From: a virus
Taxonomy: Duplodnaviria; Heunggongvirae; Uroviricota; Caudoviricetes
IMG/VR virus record: IMGVR_UViG_3300028797_000099
Span: 1-64,000 of that record
Direction: 5' to 3' (one strand)
DNA: 64,000 nucleotides
A model generated the notes under the pieces. It did not search any database and had not been told where the DNA came from. It worked only from the letters and a program-made list of their open reading frames with translations. Below, in pieces: positions 28,087 to 37,024 of the stretch. Position numbers and translations under genes: made by a program. The first letter of the stretch is position 1. Every line of letters starts with the position of its first letter.

Positions 28087-28404
28087 TTATCCCTCCTTTT
28101 CTTTAAAATCTTCTGAAGAAAATTCAGTCGACTTCGTTGGAGGATTGTCTTTCCGATTCCTTCTCTCAACAAGAAGGACATTCTCTCGGACAATGTCCAC
28201 GGCATCTTCCTTAGTGTAGTAGATAGTAGTTCCACCATAGATTTCACGCTTCTTGTATTTATGTACACAGTCATAAAAGCTATAATCGACAGGAAACCAC
28301 CAGAACAGGCCTTTCTCCTTGATATAGTACATCAGACGGTCGTACTCGGGACAATAAAATTCAACAACCTTGTACTTCTTAGGTTTCTTTTTAAACCATT
28401 CCAT
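28087..28404 (-). CDS. hypothetical protein
   Basis: 105-aa ORF. Confidence 0.45.
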   Translation of the reverse strand: MEWFKKKPKKYKVVEFYCPEYDRLMYYIKEKGLFWWFPVDYSFYDCVHKYKKREIYGGTTIYYTKEDAVDIVRENVLLVERRNRKDNPPTKSTEFSSEDFKEKEG

Positions 28405-28424
28405 GTCATACCCCTTGCACTTTG

Positions 28425-28793
28425 TTATCCCTTATCAGCCTCTGGTTTGAAACTGTATATAAGGGCGATATTGCCGATACGTTTCTTGAACTCGTCAAGC
28501 CCAACCCCGAGCTGCAATCTCGTGCGGTACGTGTTGAAACGGATGCTGCCGTCTTGCTCGGCAAACACGTCATCTGCCGGGATTGAAACCCATTTGCCGA
28601 ACGCCAGGTAAATCTGGCGGTGCATCATGTCGATAAATACGTCCCGACGGAAAAGGCTTTCGTGCCTCATCCTCTTGGCGACATCGACCATCGCACCGAC
28701 AATATTGTCGAACTTGCAGTTGGAGGTGTCCATCTTGGCACCAGCCCTCAGGTCTTTAAGTATTTCTTCATCAACCGCTTCTGAACTGCTCAT
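28425..28793 (-). CDS. hypothetical protein
   Basis: 122-aa ORF. Confidence 0.5.
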   Translation of the reverse strand: MSSSEAVDEEILKDLRAGAKMDTSNCKFDNIVGAMVDVAKRMRHESLFRRDVFIDMMHRQIYLAFGKWVSIPADDVFAEQDGSIRFNTYRTRLQLGVGLDEFKKRIGNIALIYSFKPEADKG

Positions 28794-28795
28794 AT

Positions 28796-30007
28796 TTACT
28801 CCGATGCCTTGAAGTTATATACAGGCTTGATTGTTTCGACAATATCGCAACTGTCCTTGATGTTCTCGATGATTTCCTTTGCTGGCTTGTAAGCCATCGG
28901 GGATTCATCCAAAGTGGATTTATTTACACATGTACTGTAAATGCCACGCATGGACTTCTGGTACGCTTCGAGCGAGATGCTTTCCTTCGCATGAGAGCGT
29001 GACATCTTTCTTCCTGCTCCATGCGGTGCAGAGAAGTTCCAATCAGAGTTTCCCTTGCCCGTGCAAATAAGAGCCCCGTCCCTCATGTTCATAGGAATAA
29101 TCAGGCGTTCGCCTTCCTGTGCGGATACAGCTCCCTTACGGAGAATCATGTGCTTCATGTCGATGTAATTATGCAAGGTGCAGAACTTGTCCACGACATG
29201 CAGACGGAGCGCCCTGACAATCTCTTCAAGCATCGCTTCACGGTTACGTGTTGCAAAGTCCTGTGCCAACGCCATGTCATGCAGATATCCGTCGAACGAC
29301 TTGCCAGTGAGGTAAGACAGTTCCTTCGGGGGAGGGAAATGAGGGATGCTTGCCAACGCTGCGGGAAGCTCGTCTTCACGACCCTCACTCTTATACTTGG
29401 CTATTATGGCACCACGCTGCTGAGTCAGGTCGTTGCATTCGTCGATTGCAACTCCCTGCCAGTAATCACAGGTTGCCAACCCAAGATGTCGGGAACCTGA
29501 GTGGATTACGATGTACAGGTTACCATGAGAATCCTTGTCGCATTCGCAGAAGTGATTGCCTCCGCCCAAACTTCCAAGCGACAACAACTCGGTATATTCC
29601 ATCTTCCCTTCCTTGTAGACAATCATATCCTCGATAGGAAAGTCCTTTGCCATCGAGTGCTTGCTTTCACGATGGGACTTCCCAGACGGAATCCTTTCAC
29701 GGATAACCTTGTCCAATTTATCAAAATCAACCGAACGGTCTTTCAACTTGGCAACAAGCATACCACACCCAATGTCCACCCCGACGAGATTAGGCACAAT
29801 CTTGTCCTTAATCGTCATGGTAGTGCCAACGGTGCAGCCCTTCCCAGCATGCACATCGGGCATGATTCTAACCTGCATGTCCTTAGCCCAGCACTGACAC
29901 ATCATGTTCAACAACTGTGTATATGCATCTGGGTCGATATTGTCGCTGAATACCTTGGCGGTATTAAACCTACCCTGTATATCAATCATAATAAACCTAT
30001 CTACCAA
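28796..30007 (-). CDS. rtcB: RNA-splicing ligase RtcB
   Basis: 403 aa with the diagnostic RtcB motifs MPDVHAGKG, GCGM, GGGNHF and HGAGR. Confidence 0.9.
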   Translation of the reverse strand: MVDRFIMIDIQGRFNTAKVFSDNIDPDAYTQLLNMMCQCWAKDMQVRIMPDVHAGKGCTVGTTMTIKDKIVPNLVGVDIGCGMLVAKLKDRSVDFDKLDKVIRERIPSGKSHRESKHSMAKDFPIEDMIVYKEGKMEYTELLSLGSLGGGNHFCECDKDSHGNLYIVIHSGSRHLGLATCDYWQGVAIDECNDLTQQRGAIIAKYKSEGREDELPAALASIPHFPPPKELSYLTGKSFDGYLHDMALAQDFATRNREAMLEEIVRALRLHVVDKFCTLHNYIDMKHMILRKGAVSAQEGERLIIPMNMRDGALICTGKGNSDWNFSAPHGAGRKMSRSHAKESISLEAYQKSMRGIYSTCVNKSTLDESPMAYKPAKEIIENIKDSCDIVETIKPVYNFKASE

Positions 30008-30353
30008 TCAATTCTTTTTTATAACCATAGGCAATATCAAATGCCTTACCCATCTCAATCGCCGCTCGGATAGCCTTCTTGATGTCATTATCCTTCACAA
30101 CGCAGTCGTACAGATTTCCGAACGCAACTGGACTCGAATACTCCCGGTCACGAGTACGTATTTCACTCCACATGAGTGTATTGCCGTCATTAGTATCCTT
30201 GTCCTTGTAGAAAGACATGTTCAAAACGGTGTTATTGAACGTGATATTCAACATGCTACCGTCAGCAACTACTCCACAGTCAGGCAGATAGTGCATAGCG
30301 AAATCAAGGTCATCCTTCTTGATTCGCAAATATTGAAGATTCCGTCGTGCCAT
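29997..30353 (-). CDS. hypothetical protein
   Basis: Track ORF trimmed to MARRNL (AAAGGAAT RBS). The longer N-terminus would read through the tRNA. Confidence 0.45.
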   Translation of the reverse strand: MARRNLQYLRIKKDDLDFAMHYLPDCGVVADGSMLNITFNNTVLNMSFYKDKDTNDGNTLMWSEIRTRDREYSSPVAFGNLYDCVVKDNDIKKAIRAAIEMGKAFDIAYGYKKELIGR

Positions 30354-30375
30354 AGTATTCCTTTTCAAAAAGTTA

Positions 30376-30449
30376 ATCGGGCAGGTGGGATTCGAACCCA
30401 CACTGAAGGGGGTTTAAACCCCATTCCTCTACCAGTTGGGTTACTACCC
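30376..30449 (-). tRNA. tRNA, anticodon UAA (Leu-type decoding) with short variable loop and imperfect D-stem (atypical)
   Basis: Minus-strand cloverleaf. Acceptor CGGGUAG/CUGCCCG (one G-U). D-loop AACUGGUA. Anticodon stem GGGG/CCCC. Loop UUUAAAC, anticodon UAA. T-arm GUGGG-UUCGAAU-CCCAC. No encoded CCA. 74 nt. Confidence 0.7.
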
Positions 30450-30462
30450 GAACCAATTCAAT

Positions 30463-31611
30463 TTAGTCAGAAAGCAGACGCTTGATTCTGTCACGAGCCC
30501 GCATGAAGTTTTCATGGTAGGTTCCGTTCAGATAAACAACATCTTCTGTGCAGTAGTGCTTACCGAGAATGCTCATCAAGACCTGATACTGCTTCTTCCT
30601 ATCTTCGAAGCTGTTCGTGAGGCAATCCCTGCTTCCGTCCTGCACCCAGCTATCTTTTTTCGGAGGCATAACGAAGATGAGGTCGTATTTCAGGAACTTC
30701 GCATTGGCTTCGATAAGCTTATAGTCGTCTTCGGTGATGGCATACCTGTCATCCATCGAGTAATACTTAGCGTACATGAGCGTTGTCATTGCGTCACTGT
30801 CACAGATGTTGACCTTATGCCAACTTGCCGAGTTGACTCTGTACTGCTCGTTAAGAAAACGAAGGTAGTCATTAAAGGTCAGCTTGGTATCATCAGGCTG
30901 CGGTTCCTTTCCGTTTTGAGCGGCGATGTAAGTGTGACCGTATTCCTCGGTGTACCCAACATCGAAGTATCTGGCAAGGTCTTTCGTGAGCGTGGACTTG
31001 CCTTCCGATGCCGTACCGATAATCAGGACACGCTTGGCGAACTGAGCCTTGAACTCATGCCCAATGATTTCGTCCCAATACTTCATCGGTTCCTTGCGTA
31101 TCTTTGTTGCAGAAATCTGATTGAGCTCTCTCGGCAACAGATACACATTGGGGCCTTTACTGACCAACGACATGATTGCCTGTCTGTACGACGGTTCGCC
31201 AGTAAAGACAGTCGTTTTCTGAAGCAATTTCGTACACTTTCGCTTGCTGACATCAGCATTGCCGTACACGATTTCAGCGAGCTTATCGCTGAGAGCTTCC
31301 AACCATTCAGACCATTTGTCCATGTAACCTGCAATGCCGATATCGTTATCCTTCATCATGACGACGTGAACAAGCGGGTCGCCTTCAAACATCTTCTTGA
31401 TGATTTCATAGCGACGTTCAATCGGAAGACCGATTCTCGTACCACGGTCGCCATCAAGCCCGCAAACGGCAATGATTGCACCCTTAGAGCAGAGCTTCTT
31501 CGCTGCCATTACGAGGTCAAGATGACCTGTATGCATCGGGCTGAAAGACCCGAGGACAACCCCGTATTCACGAGGGCCACCGCTGATTTGGTTAATCACG
31601 TCGTCAAGCAT
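30463..31611 (-). CDS. nadR: bifunctional NMN adenylyltransferase / ribosylnicotinamide kinase (NadR-like, no HTH)
   Basis: N-terminal nucleotidyltransferase motif GSFSPMHTGH (H/TxGH). C-terminal P-loop kinase GTASEGKST. Domain order matches NadR. Confidence 0.75.
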   Translation of the reverse strand: MLDDVINQISGGPREYGVVLGSFSPMHTGHLDLVMAAKKLCSKGAIIAVCGLDGDRGTRIGLPIERRYEIIKKMFEGDPLVHVVMMKDNDIGIAGYMDKWSEWLEALSDKLAEIVYGNADVSKRKCTKLLQKTTVFTGEPSYRQAIMSLVSKGPNVYLLPRELNQISATKIRKEPMKYWDEIIGHEFKAQFAKRVLIIGTASEGKSTLTKDLARYFDVGYTEEYGHTYIAAQNGKEPQPDDTKLTFNDYLRFLNEQYRVNSASWHKVNICDSDAMTTLMYAKYYSMDDRYAITEDDYKLIEANAKFLKYDLIFVMPPKKDSWVQDGSRDCLTNSFEDRKKQYQVLMSILGKHYCTEDVVYLNGTYHENFMRARDRIKRLLSD

Positions 31612-32295
31612 TTAAGCCTCCACAGTGTCTGTTTCAAGCTTCTTCTCGGTATGAGACCATTCGACCCAACCGTAGATGGTGTTGATAAACCAGCAAACAT
31701 ACATCGCCACCATTGCCCATTCGCCAATGAGTGCGAAAGTCACGATGGAAATGCCATCAAGCACAAACCAGAAGAACCACTGTTCACGGTAGCAAGTGAT
31801 AATGAGAATCTGAGCAATGACCGTGAAGCTTATGCTCAACGCATCCATGTACGGAACTGCACCGTCAAGAACAAACTTGTCGAACGTACCGAAGCCAACG
31901 GTAAGAACGATTGTCGCAATAATCGAAATAACCCATGCCTTAGGAGAGAGTCGCTTCGGAATAACGTGCGTTCTGTCCTTTTCGAGCTGCTTGTACCATG
32001 CGTACAAACCATACACCATCGTCACGTTGTAGAAGATATATTCGCCAAATTCAAGCCACAGGCGGCTTTCCCAACAGATGTACATATACATGAAGTTGAA
32101 AACGAAACTCGGTGCGTAAGCCCAGATGTTCTTCTGTGCAAACATCACGGTTGAAATCGTTCCCAGGAGTGCCGTCAGCATGGCAAACCACATTGCGGTA
32201 TGGCCATCAGGCATCATGATGGTGAAGATGATGGTGAAGATGATGAACGCTGTCATGTACAGCGCACGGAATTTATTTTTGATAAAAGACATATT
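31612..32295 (-). CDS. pnuC: nicotinamide riboside transporter PnuC-like membrane protein
   Basis: 227-aa Trp-rich polytopic membrane protein directly upstream of nadR, the classic pnuC-nadR arrangement. Start MSFIKN behind an AAAGAAGG RBS. Confidence 0.55.
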   Translation of the reverse strand, partial: NMSFIKNKFRALYMTAFIIFTIIFTIMMPDGHTAMWFAMLTALLGTISTVMFAQKNIWAYAPSFVFNFMYMYICWESRLWLEFGEYIFYNVTMVYGLYAWYKQLEKDRTHVIPKRLSPKAWVISIIATIVLTVGFGTFDKFVLDGAVPYMDALSISFTVIAQILIITCYREQWFFWFVLDGISIVTFALIGEWAMVAMYVCWFINTIYGWVEWSHTEKKLETDTVEA

Positions 32296-32330
32296 GCCTT
32301 CTTTGTTGATGGTTTTTGTTGTTTGTGAAA

Positions 32331-32359
32331 AATATACTAACTTCATTCCCCTCTGTCAA
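32331..32359 (-). promoter_or_regulatory. promoter TTGACA-17-TATATT driving pnuC-nadR; -35 in CCCC/GGGG hairpin
   Basis: Motif match. Confidence 0.5.
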
Positions 32360-32375
32360 GGGGGTTGCTCGATTT

Positions 32376-33104
32376 TTAACCACCTGCGGGCCAGTCAACG
32401 TAGCACTTACCCTTATTTTTCTTCACATAGGAAATAATCATGCGCTGCATCTGCTTGTACTCCTTGTCACTGCACTCGTCGGTGTTCTGAATAATGACAG
32501 CATCATTGTCAAGGATAAAGGACGCAAGGTCGCAGAAGTCCAAGTAAGAATTGCAGCTGTCATCTACGCTCAGAATAGACAAGTCTGCATTGGGCTCGGT
32601 AATCTTGTCAATCGTCCTGAGCATGTAGCTCATAATGATAGACTGGAAGGATTCATGCCCATAGCATCCGTTCGAAGCCCAATATTTCGGCCCAATGTAT
32701 GCACCGTTTTTCTTGGACTCTACTTTTGTATTCTTGATGGTAAGAGTGATATTCCAGTGCTTCTTGAAGCTCTTCTTCATGTAAGCAATGAACTTGCGAT
32801 ATGCAGCAACAATTTCATCATTGCGCTTGATTTCCTTAGCGGTAATGTTCAGGTAGCCCTTCTTTTTCTCAGACCACTTGCCACAAGTCAACTTGTCGCA
32901 CCAGTATTTCATGATGATTAGGAAGCAGTAGCTAGCCTTTTCTTCAGGCAGCTTCCTTTCGATAAGCGTTCTCTCGCTAAAATCCATCTCACCGTCAATA
33001 CAGACCTTGACGGGTTCCTTGTTGAATACGCTACCCCTCGGGATGACGATTGCGTGCATCGAGGAAGAGTTCGTCTCGAATGTTGATTCTCGTATCGTTT
33101 TCAT
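32376..33104 (-). CDS. hypothetical protein, FETNSSS-motif family (paralog 1 of 4)
   Basis: N-terminus MKTIRESTFETNSSSMHA is shared with 38194-38673, 40169-40882 and 40892-41326. Confidence 0.6.
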   Translation of the reverse strand: MKTIRESTFETNSSSMHAIVIPRGSVFNKEPVKVCIDGEMDFSERTLIERKLPEEKASYCFLIIMKYWCDKLTCGKWSEKKKGYLNITAKEIKRNDEIVAAYRKFIAYMKKSFKKHWNITLTIKNTKVESKKNGAYIGPKYWASNGCYGHESFQSIIMSYMLRTIDKITEPNADLSILSVDDSCNSYLDFCDLASFILDNDAVIIQNTDECSDKEYKQMQRMIISYVKKNKGKCYVDWPAGG

Positions 33105-33113
33105 TCCATTCTC

Positions 33114-33623
33114 CTATCTGATAATCGTGATATTACCGAAATCCTTAGCGGGATTGAGTAAAAGTATGTTGTGGTGAGGACGGGTATTGTGTTCCTCGTC
33201 CTTGACAAGGTCGTCTATGATGACATAGTCGTAACCGTCGTACCTGCTCAGGTCGTTGTTGGCAAGCTGTTCCGCCACCAGATGAATCTTACCGAGTCCG
33301 TATGCGGCCATCATGCCTGGGTGGAGGACTTCCTCCCTGTCGGATTCCTTCAACCATTCCCGGCTGATTGCGTAATCAACCGAGTCATTCTTAGTAAAGA
33401 CACAGCCACGGGGGAACCCGTACAATCCAAACCTGTCGAAGATGCTATCGACGACATCATCACGGATATCATCCTTGGTCTTCCATCCCCATGTGAACAA
33501 ATGCACGAACAGGGGTTTGTAACGGTCGATGAACCCCTTAATCTTCTCGCAGTTTTCCTGCATGAAGTTGAGCGATGTCAGGTCATCTACGACTGTATTT
33601 TCAATATCTAATACCAGCTGCAT
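33114..33623 (-). CDS. hypothetical protein (possible HAD-like hydrolase)
   Basis: N-terminal LVLDIENTVVDD and distal YDYVIIDDLVKD resemble HAD motifs I and IV. Weak call. Confidence 0.3.
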   Translation of the reverse strand: MQLVLDIENTVVDDLTSLNFMQENCEKIKGFIDRYKPLFVHLFTWGWKTKDDIRDDVVDSIFDRFGLYGFPRGCVFTKNDSVDYAISREWLKESDREEVLHPGMMAAYGLGKIHLVAEQLANNDLSRYDGYDYVIIDDLVKDEEHNTRPHHNILLLNPAKDFGNITIIR

Positions 33624-33625
33624 CT

Positions 33626-34198
33626 TTATTCCTTGTTGTAATCTCTAACTTTCTTTACATAACTGGAAATGTCGAGTTCCTCGGGGTGGAGCTTGCCTTG
33701 ACTGAAATACTCGAACTTCAGTAGCGTGGCGATTTCCCTTGGTGCGTCCTTAACGACCTCGTCGTACGCTTCGGCACTATCAATCAATTTATTCATGGCA
33801 CACTCACGGCAGTACGGGCTAACCCATCCAGTCCTCACCATGGGCACATCAAGCTTTCCACAGACGATGCAGACATTCCGTGATATCGCACAGTAGGCTT
33901 CGAGGATTTCGAAGAGTTTGTCGCTCATGGCTGACGGGTAGATACGGAGTTCGCCGAACTTCTCCTTGATGTCGCAGAAGTAGAACTCATCTCTGGCTTC
34001 CTTCTTCCAGGTGTTTACCTCGTTCTGGATATCCTCGAACATCAGGATGCCAAACGCCTTCGCCCATCCTTCAGGTAGATGGTCCATACAGGTATAGCTG
34101 TAATCGTATCCGTCAACTACCTTTCCCGTGAACGCATTCTTCGGGAGAAGTATCGGGTACTTCTCGATGAGAGCCTTATTTTCTTCCACCGTTCGCAT
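33626..34198 (-). CDS. hypothetical protein with CxxC...CxxC zinc motif
   Basis: CIVCGK...CRECAMNK. 190 aa. Confidence 0.5.
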   Translation of the reverse strand: MRTVEENKALIEKYPILLPKNAFTGKVVDGYDYSYTCMDHLPEGWAKAFGILMFEDIQNEVNTWKKEARDEFYFCDIKEKFGELRIYPSAMSDKLFEILEAYCAISRNVCIVCGKLDVPMVRTGWVSPYCRECAMNKLIDSAEAYDEVVKDAPREIATLLKFEYFSQGKLHPEELDISSYVKKVRDYNKE

Positions 34199-34553
34199 CT
34201 TTCTTTCCCTTTATGTTGACTTCGATACACATCTTCACATAGTCCTCAATAGAACGTATCTCGTACTTCTTGCCGTTGGTTTCAACGAGGGTGGAACCAC
34301 CGTGGGAAATAGTGTCCAGAGCCTCGTACATGAACCATTCGGCGCCTTCCTTGCTTTCGTAGAGGAATGCCATCAGCCAGTCGATAATGCGGTTATCAAC
34401 AAGTTGAACCGGGCCAAGATACATCGAGCGGGAATCCCCTCCAAGAGCCTTGTCCATATTCGAGTTAAACTGTTCAAGTTCCTTTTCCATGCTGTCACGG
34501 AGTTCTACCAGCCGTTTAAGCAAGTCAATGAGCAATTCTTCTGTGTTTGCCAT
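34176..34553 (-). CDS. hypothetical protein
   Basis: Start MANTEE behind a GAGG RBS. Downstream of the promoter at 34572-34601. Confidence 0.5.
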   Translation of the reverse strand: MANTEELLIDLLKRLVELRDSMEKELEQFNSNMDKALGGDSRSMYLGPVQLVDNRIIDWLMAFLYESKEGAEWFMYEALDTISHGGSTLVETNGKKYEIRSIEDYVKMCIEVNIKGKKDANGGRK

Positions 34554-34571
34554 ATAAACCTCTTTTTTCCA

Positions 34572-34601
34572 AAATATACATACTTCTTTTGAGATTGTCA
34601 A
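34572..34601 (-). promoter_or_regulatory. promoter TTGACA-18-TATATT
   Basis: Motif match. Divergent from the clpX promoter. Confidence 0.45.
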
Positions 34602-34633
34602 GGGAAATACCTAATTATTTTTCCACCAACCCC

Positions 34634-34662
34634 TTGCCACCCTATAAAAAATATACTATATT
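34634..34662 (+). promoter_or_regulatory. clpX promoter TTGCCA-17-TATATT
   Basis: Motif 24 nt upstream of the clpX RBS AAAGGAATTACC. Confidence 0.5.
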
Positions 34663-34685
34663 AATTCAAAGCAAAAGGAATTACC

Positions 34686-35945
34686 ATGCCAAGCAACAAA
34701 AGACCTACACAAAACGACACCCCGGTCTGCAGCTTCTGCGGACGCCCGATTGAAGAAAACACCCTTGCCGTACGTGGCATGTCCCCGATAGGAGCATTCA
34801 TCTGCTCTGATTGCGCCAAGCTCGCCAGCAACATTATGGATGCAAGAGCAGCACAGCAACAGCAGAATGGTCGCAAGAAAGAGATGCAGCTACCGTCTCC
34901 GCACAAGATTAAGGAACACCTTGACACGTTCGTCATCGGACAGGACAAGGCCAAGGAAGCCCTTTCCATTGCGGTGTACAACCATTACAAGAGACTGGAA
35001 TACAACGAAATCCGCTCAGACGATGATGTGGAAATCGAGAAGTCCAATGTCCTCCTCGTAGGCCCGACGGGCTGCGGAAAGACGATGCTTGCAAGGGCTA
35101 TCGCAAAGATGCTCAATGTCCCGTTCGCCATCGCCGATGCAACCGTCCTGACCGAAGCTGGCTATGTGGGCGAAGATGTGGACAGCATCATTTCCCGCCT
35201 CCTCCAAGCGGCAAACATGGACGAGAAGGAAGCCGAGCACGGCATCATCTTCCTCGACGAAATCGACAAGATTGCAAGGAAGAGTGCCAACCCGTCCATT
35301 ACCAGGGACGTATCGGGCGAAGGCGTACAGCAGGGCCTGTTGAAGCTCCTCGAAGGAACTGAGGCCAAAATCAATCCGCAGGGTGGCAGAAAGCATCCCG
35401 AACAGAAACTGATTACCATTGACACCAGGAACATCCTCTTCATCTGCGGTGGAGCTTTCGAGGGCCTTGACGAAATCATCTCCGAACGTACTGAAAAAGG
35501 CGGCATGGGATTCGGTGCAGCCATCCACACGAGGGAAAAGAAAAGCCTCAGCGAACTGTTCGATAAGTGCGAACCTGATGACCTCGTGAGGTTCGGACTC
35601 ATGCCGGAACTCGTTGGCAGACTTCCCGTTACCGTCGCCCTTGACGAACTCGACGAGGACGCCCTCCGCAGAATCCTGACCGAACCGAAGAACGCTATCA
35701 TCAAGCAGTACACCAAGCTGCTCGAACTCGACGGAATCAAACTTTCGTTCGACGAGGAAGCGCTCGGGGAAATCGCCCGCCTGACCATCGAACGCCATAC
35801 TGGCGCCCGTGGCCTCCGTTCCATCGTCGAAGAGTTGCTCCACGACGCAATGTTCATGGGCCCCGACAGCAAGGAAAAGGAACTCCGCATCACGCAGGAT
35901 ATGGTCATGGAACACTTCCATATCCAAGAGCGGAAAGCTTCCTGA
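34686..35945 (+). CDS. clpX: ATP-dependent Clp protease ATP-binding subunit ClpX
   Basis: N-terminal C4 zinc finger CSFCGR...CSDC. Walker A GPTGCGKT. Walker [10 protein letters not shown]. Sensor and arginine-finger regions. 419 aa. Confidence 0.9.
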   Translation: MPSNKRPTQNDTPVCSFCGRPIEENTLAVRGMSPIGAFICSDCAKLASNIMDARAAQQQQNGRKKEMQLPSPHKIKEHLDTFVIGQDKAKEALSIAVYNHYKRLEYNEIRSDDDVEIEKSNVLLVGPTGCGKTMLARAIAKMLNVPFAIADATVLTEAGYVGEDVDSIISRLLQAANMDEKEAEHGIIFLDEIDKIARKSANPSITRDVSGEGVQQGLLKLLEGTEAKINPQGGRKHPEQKLITIDTRNILFICGGAFEGLDEIISERTEKGGMGFGAAIHTREKKSLSELFDKCEPDDLVRFGLMPELVGRLPVTVALDELDEDALRRILTEPKNAIIKQYTKLLELDGIKLSFDEEALGEIARLTIERHTGARGLRSIVEELLHDAMFMGPDSKEKELRITQDMVMEHFHIQERKAS

Positions 35946-35967
35946 TTTGCCATCATACAATAAAATA

Positions 35968-35993
35968 GCCAGCGATAATCGCTGGCCTTTTTT
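35968..35993. terminator. bidirectional terminator after clpX
   Basis: GCCAGCGA-TAA-TCGCTGGC, then CTTTTTTAT. Confidence 0.65.
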
Positions 35994-36435
35994 ATACTTT
36001 ATGTTCAGAACACTTAATCGCAATCCTCATTGAACGGAGTACTGAATCATCGTTTACCATTGTCTTGAGGATTTTACGAAGTTCTTTTGGACTATCACAC
36101 TTTACCAACTCGCAGTTTTCAAGTTTTAGCGGTTTCACATAGACTGGATAGAATTCCGAATAAGAAATAGCGGCAAACTTATTGCGAACAGCGCTTTTTG
36201 TTTTCGTGTTCGTGTAAGTCAACACAATGCGGTAGTTCTCGTCCTGTGCGTCATCATTGAAAAATATCCTAGACTCTTCTTCAATAATAGGTTGAAGGAC
36301 AATCTTCGCTACTCCTTTCGTAAGTCTACAAACCTCGTCATTCAACCTGTCGAGTTCATCCTCCACCTTTTCTTTGCTCCGCCTTTCTATGTTTTCTAGT
36401 TTTTCCAAATCAAAGTAATCGGAAGCCATGTTCAT
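35992..36435 (-). CDS. hypothetical protein
   Basis: 147-aa ORF. Confidence 0.5.
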   Translation of the reverse strand: MNMASDYFDLEKLENIERRSKEKVEDELDRLNDEVCRLTKGVAKIVLQPIIEEESRIFFNDDAQDENYRIVLTYTNTKTKSAVRNKFAAISYSEFYPVYVKPLKLENCELVKCDSPKELRKILKTMVNDDSVLRSMRIAIKCSEHKV

Positions 36436-36812
36436 CCCTCCCGTTTCACGATGTCATCGTACGTCAGACAAGGCTCGACCTTAGGAAGTAACGCCCTCTC
36501 CTTCATGCGGATAGTTTCCGACTTGCTCAGCTTGTTACGGAGACGCACACAGTTCTGCCTGAGACTCTTTATAGTCTTAGCATCCTTTTTCGCCTGTGCC
36601 TTGTTTCCTTTGGCCTCGTTCTGCAGCTTCGCAAGAGCAGCGGCATACTCCTCGTTCGTCATAGGACGGGCGTTCTGCTTCGTAAGCTGTTTGAGAATCT
36701 TCTTGACATCGTCGTAACGGCACCAACGGCCATCGGAGTCATCTACGGCACGGATACCCATGTCGGTAATCTTCATCGAAAATCGTCTCAATTCATTCAT
36801 CTTGCACCTCAA
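36432..36812 (-). CDS. hypothetical basic protein
   Basis: 126 aa, K/R-rich coiled coil. Confidence 0.45.
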   Translation of the reverse strand: MRCKMNELRRFSMKITDMGIRAVDDSDGRWCRYDDVKKILKQLTKQNARPMTNEEYAAALAKLQNEAKGNKAQAKKDAKTIKSLRQNCVRLRNKLSKSETIRMKERALLPKVEPCLTYDDIVKREG

Positions 36813-37011
36813 TTTTATGGAGTTCGGCGTCGTACTCGTCCACGGTCAACTCTTTTGGTTTCAAGTGTTTAGCCTTCGCCAGCAAGGAAACGTGAACCAG
36901 CATATTTCCATCCTTACACAGTACATACGCCCAACTCGATTTCACCTTTCGAGTTTTCGCAACCGTCTGCCGTGCAAGCAATTTACCCAGTTCTGGTATG
37001 GAAGTCTTCAT
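36793..37011 (-). CDS. small hypothetical protein
   Basis: 72-aa ORF. Confidence 0.4.
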   Translation of the reverse strand: MKTSIPELGKLLARQTVAKTRKVKSSWAYVLCKDGNMLVHVSLLAKAKHLKPKELTVDEYDAELHKIEVQDE

Positions 37012-37024
37012 ACTCCCTCCTAAG

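Noticed and set aside
29997-30401. N-terminal 16 codons (MGSNPTCPINFLKRNT) of the ORF
   Set aside because: They overlap the tRNA. An internal ATG with an RBS at 30353 fits better.
30376-30449. Suppressor tRNA / alternative genetic code
   Set aside because: Anticodon 5'-UAA-3' reads UUA/UUG, not a stop codon. No stop-codon-interrupted ORFs were seen in the window.
30436-32154. 572-aa plus-strand ORF
   Set aside because: It lies entirely antisense to nadR and pnuC. It is Arg/His-rich with no RBS, so I take it as a shadow ORF.
35016-36023. 335-aa and 264-aa minus-strand ORFs inside clpX
   Set aside because: They are antisense to a confidently identified clpX and read as low-complexity shadow ORFs.
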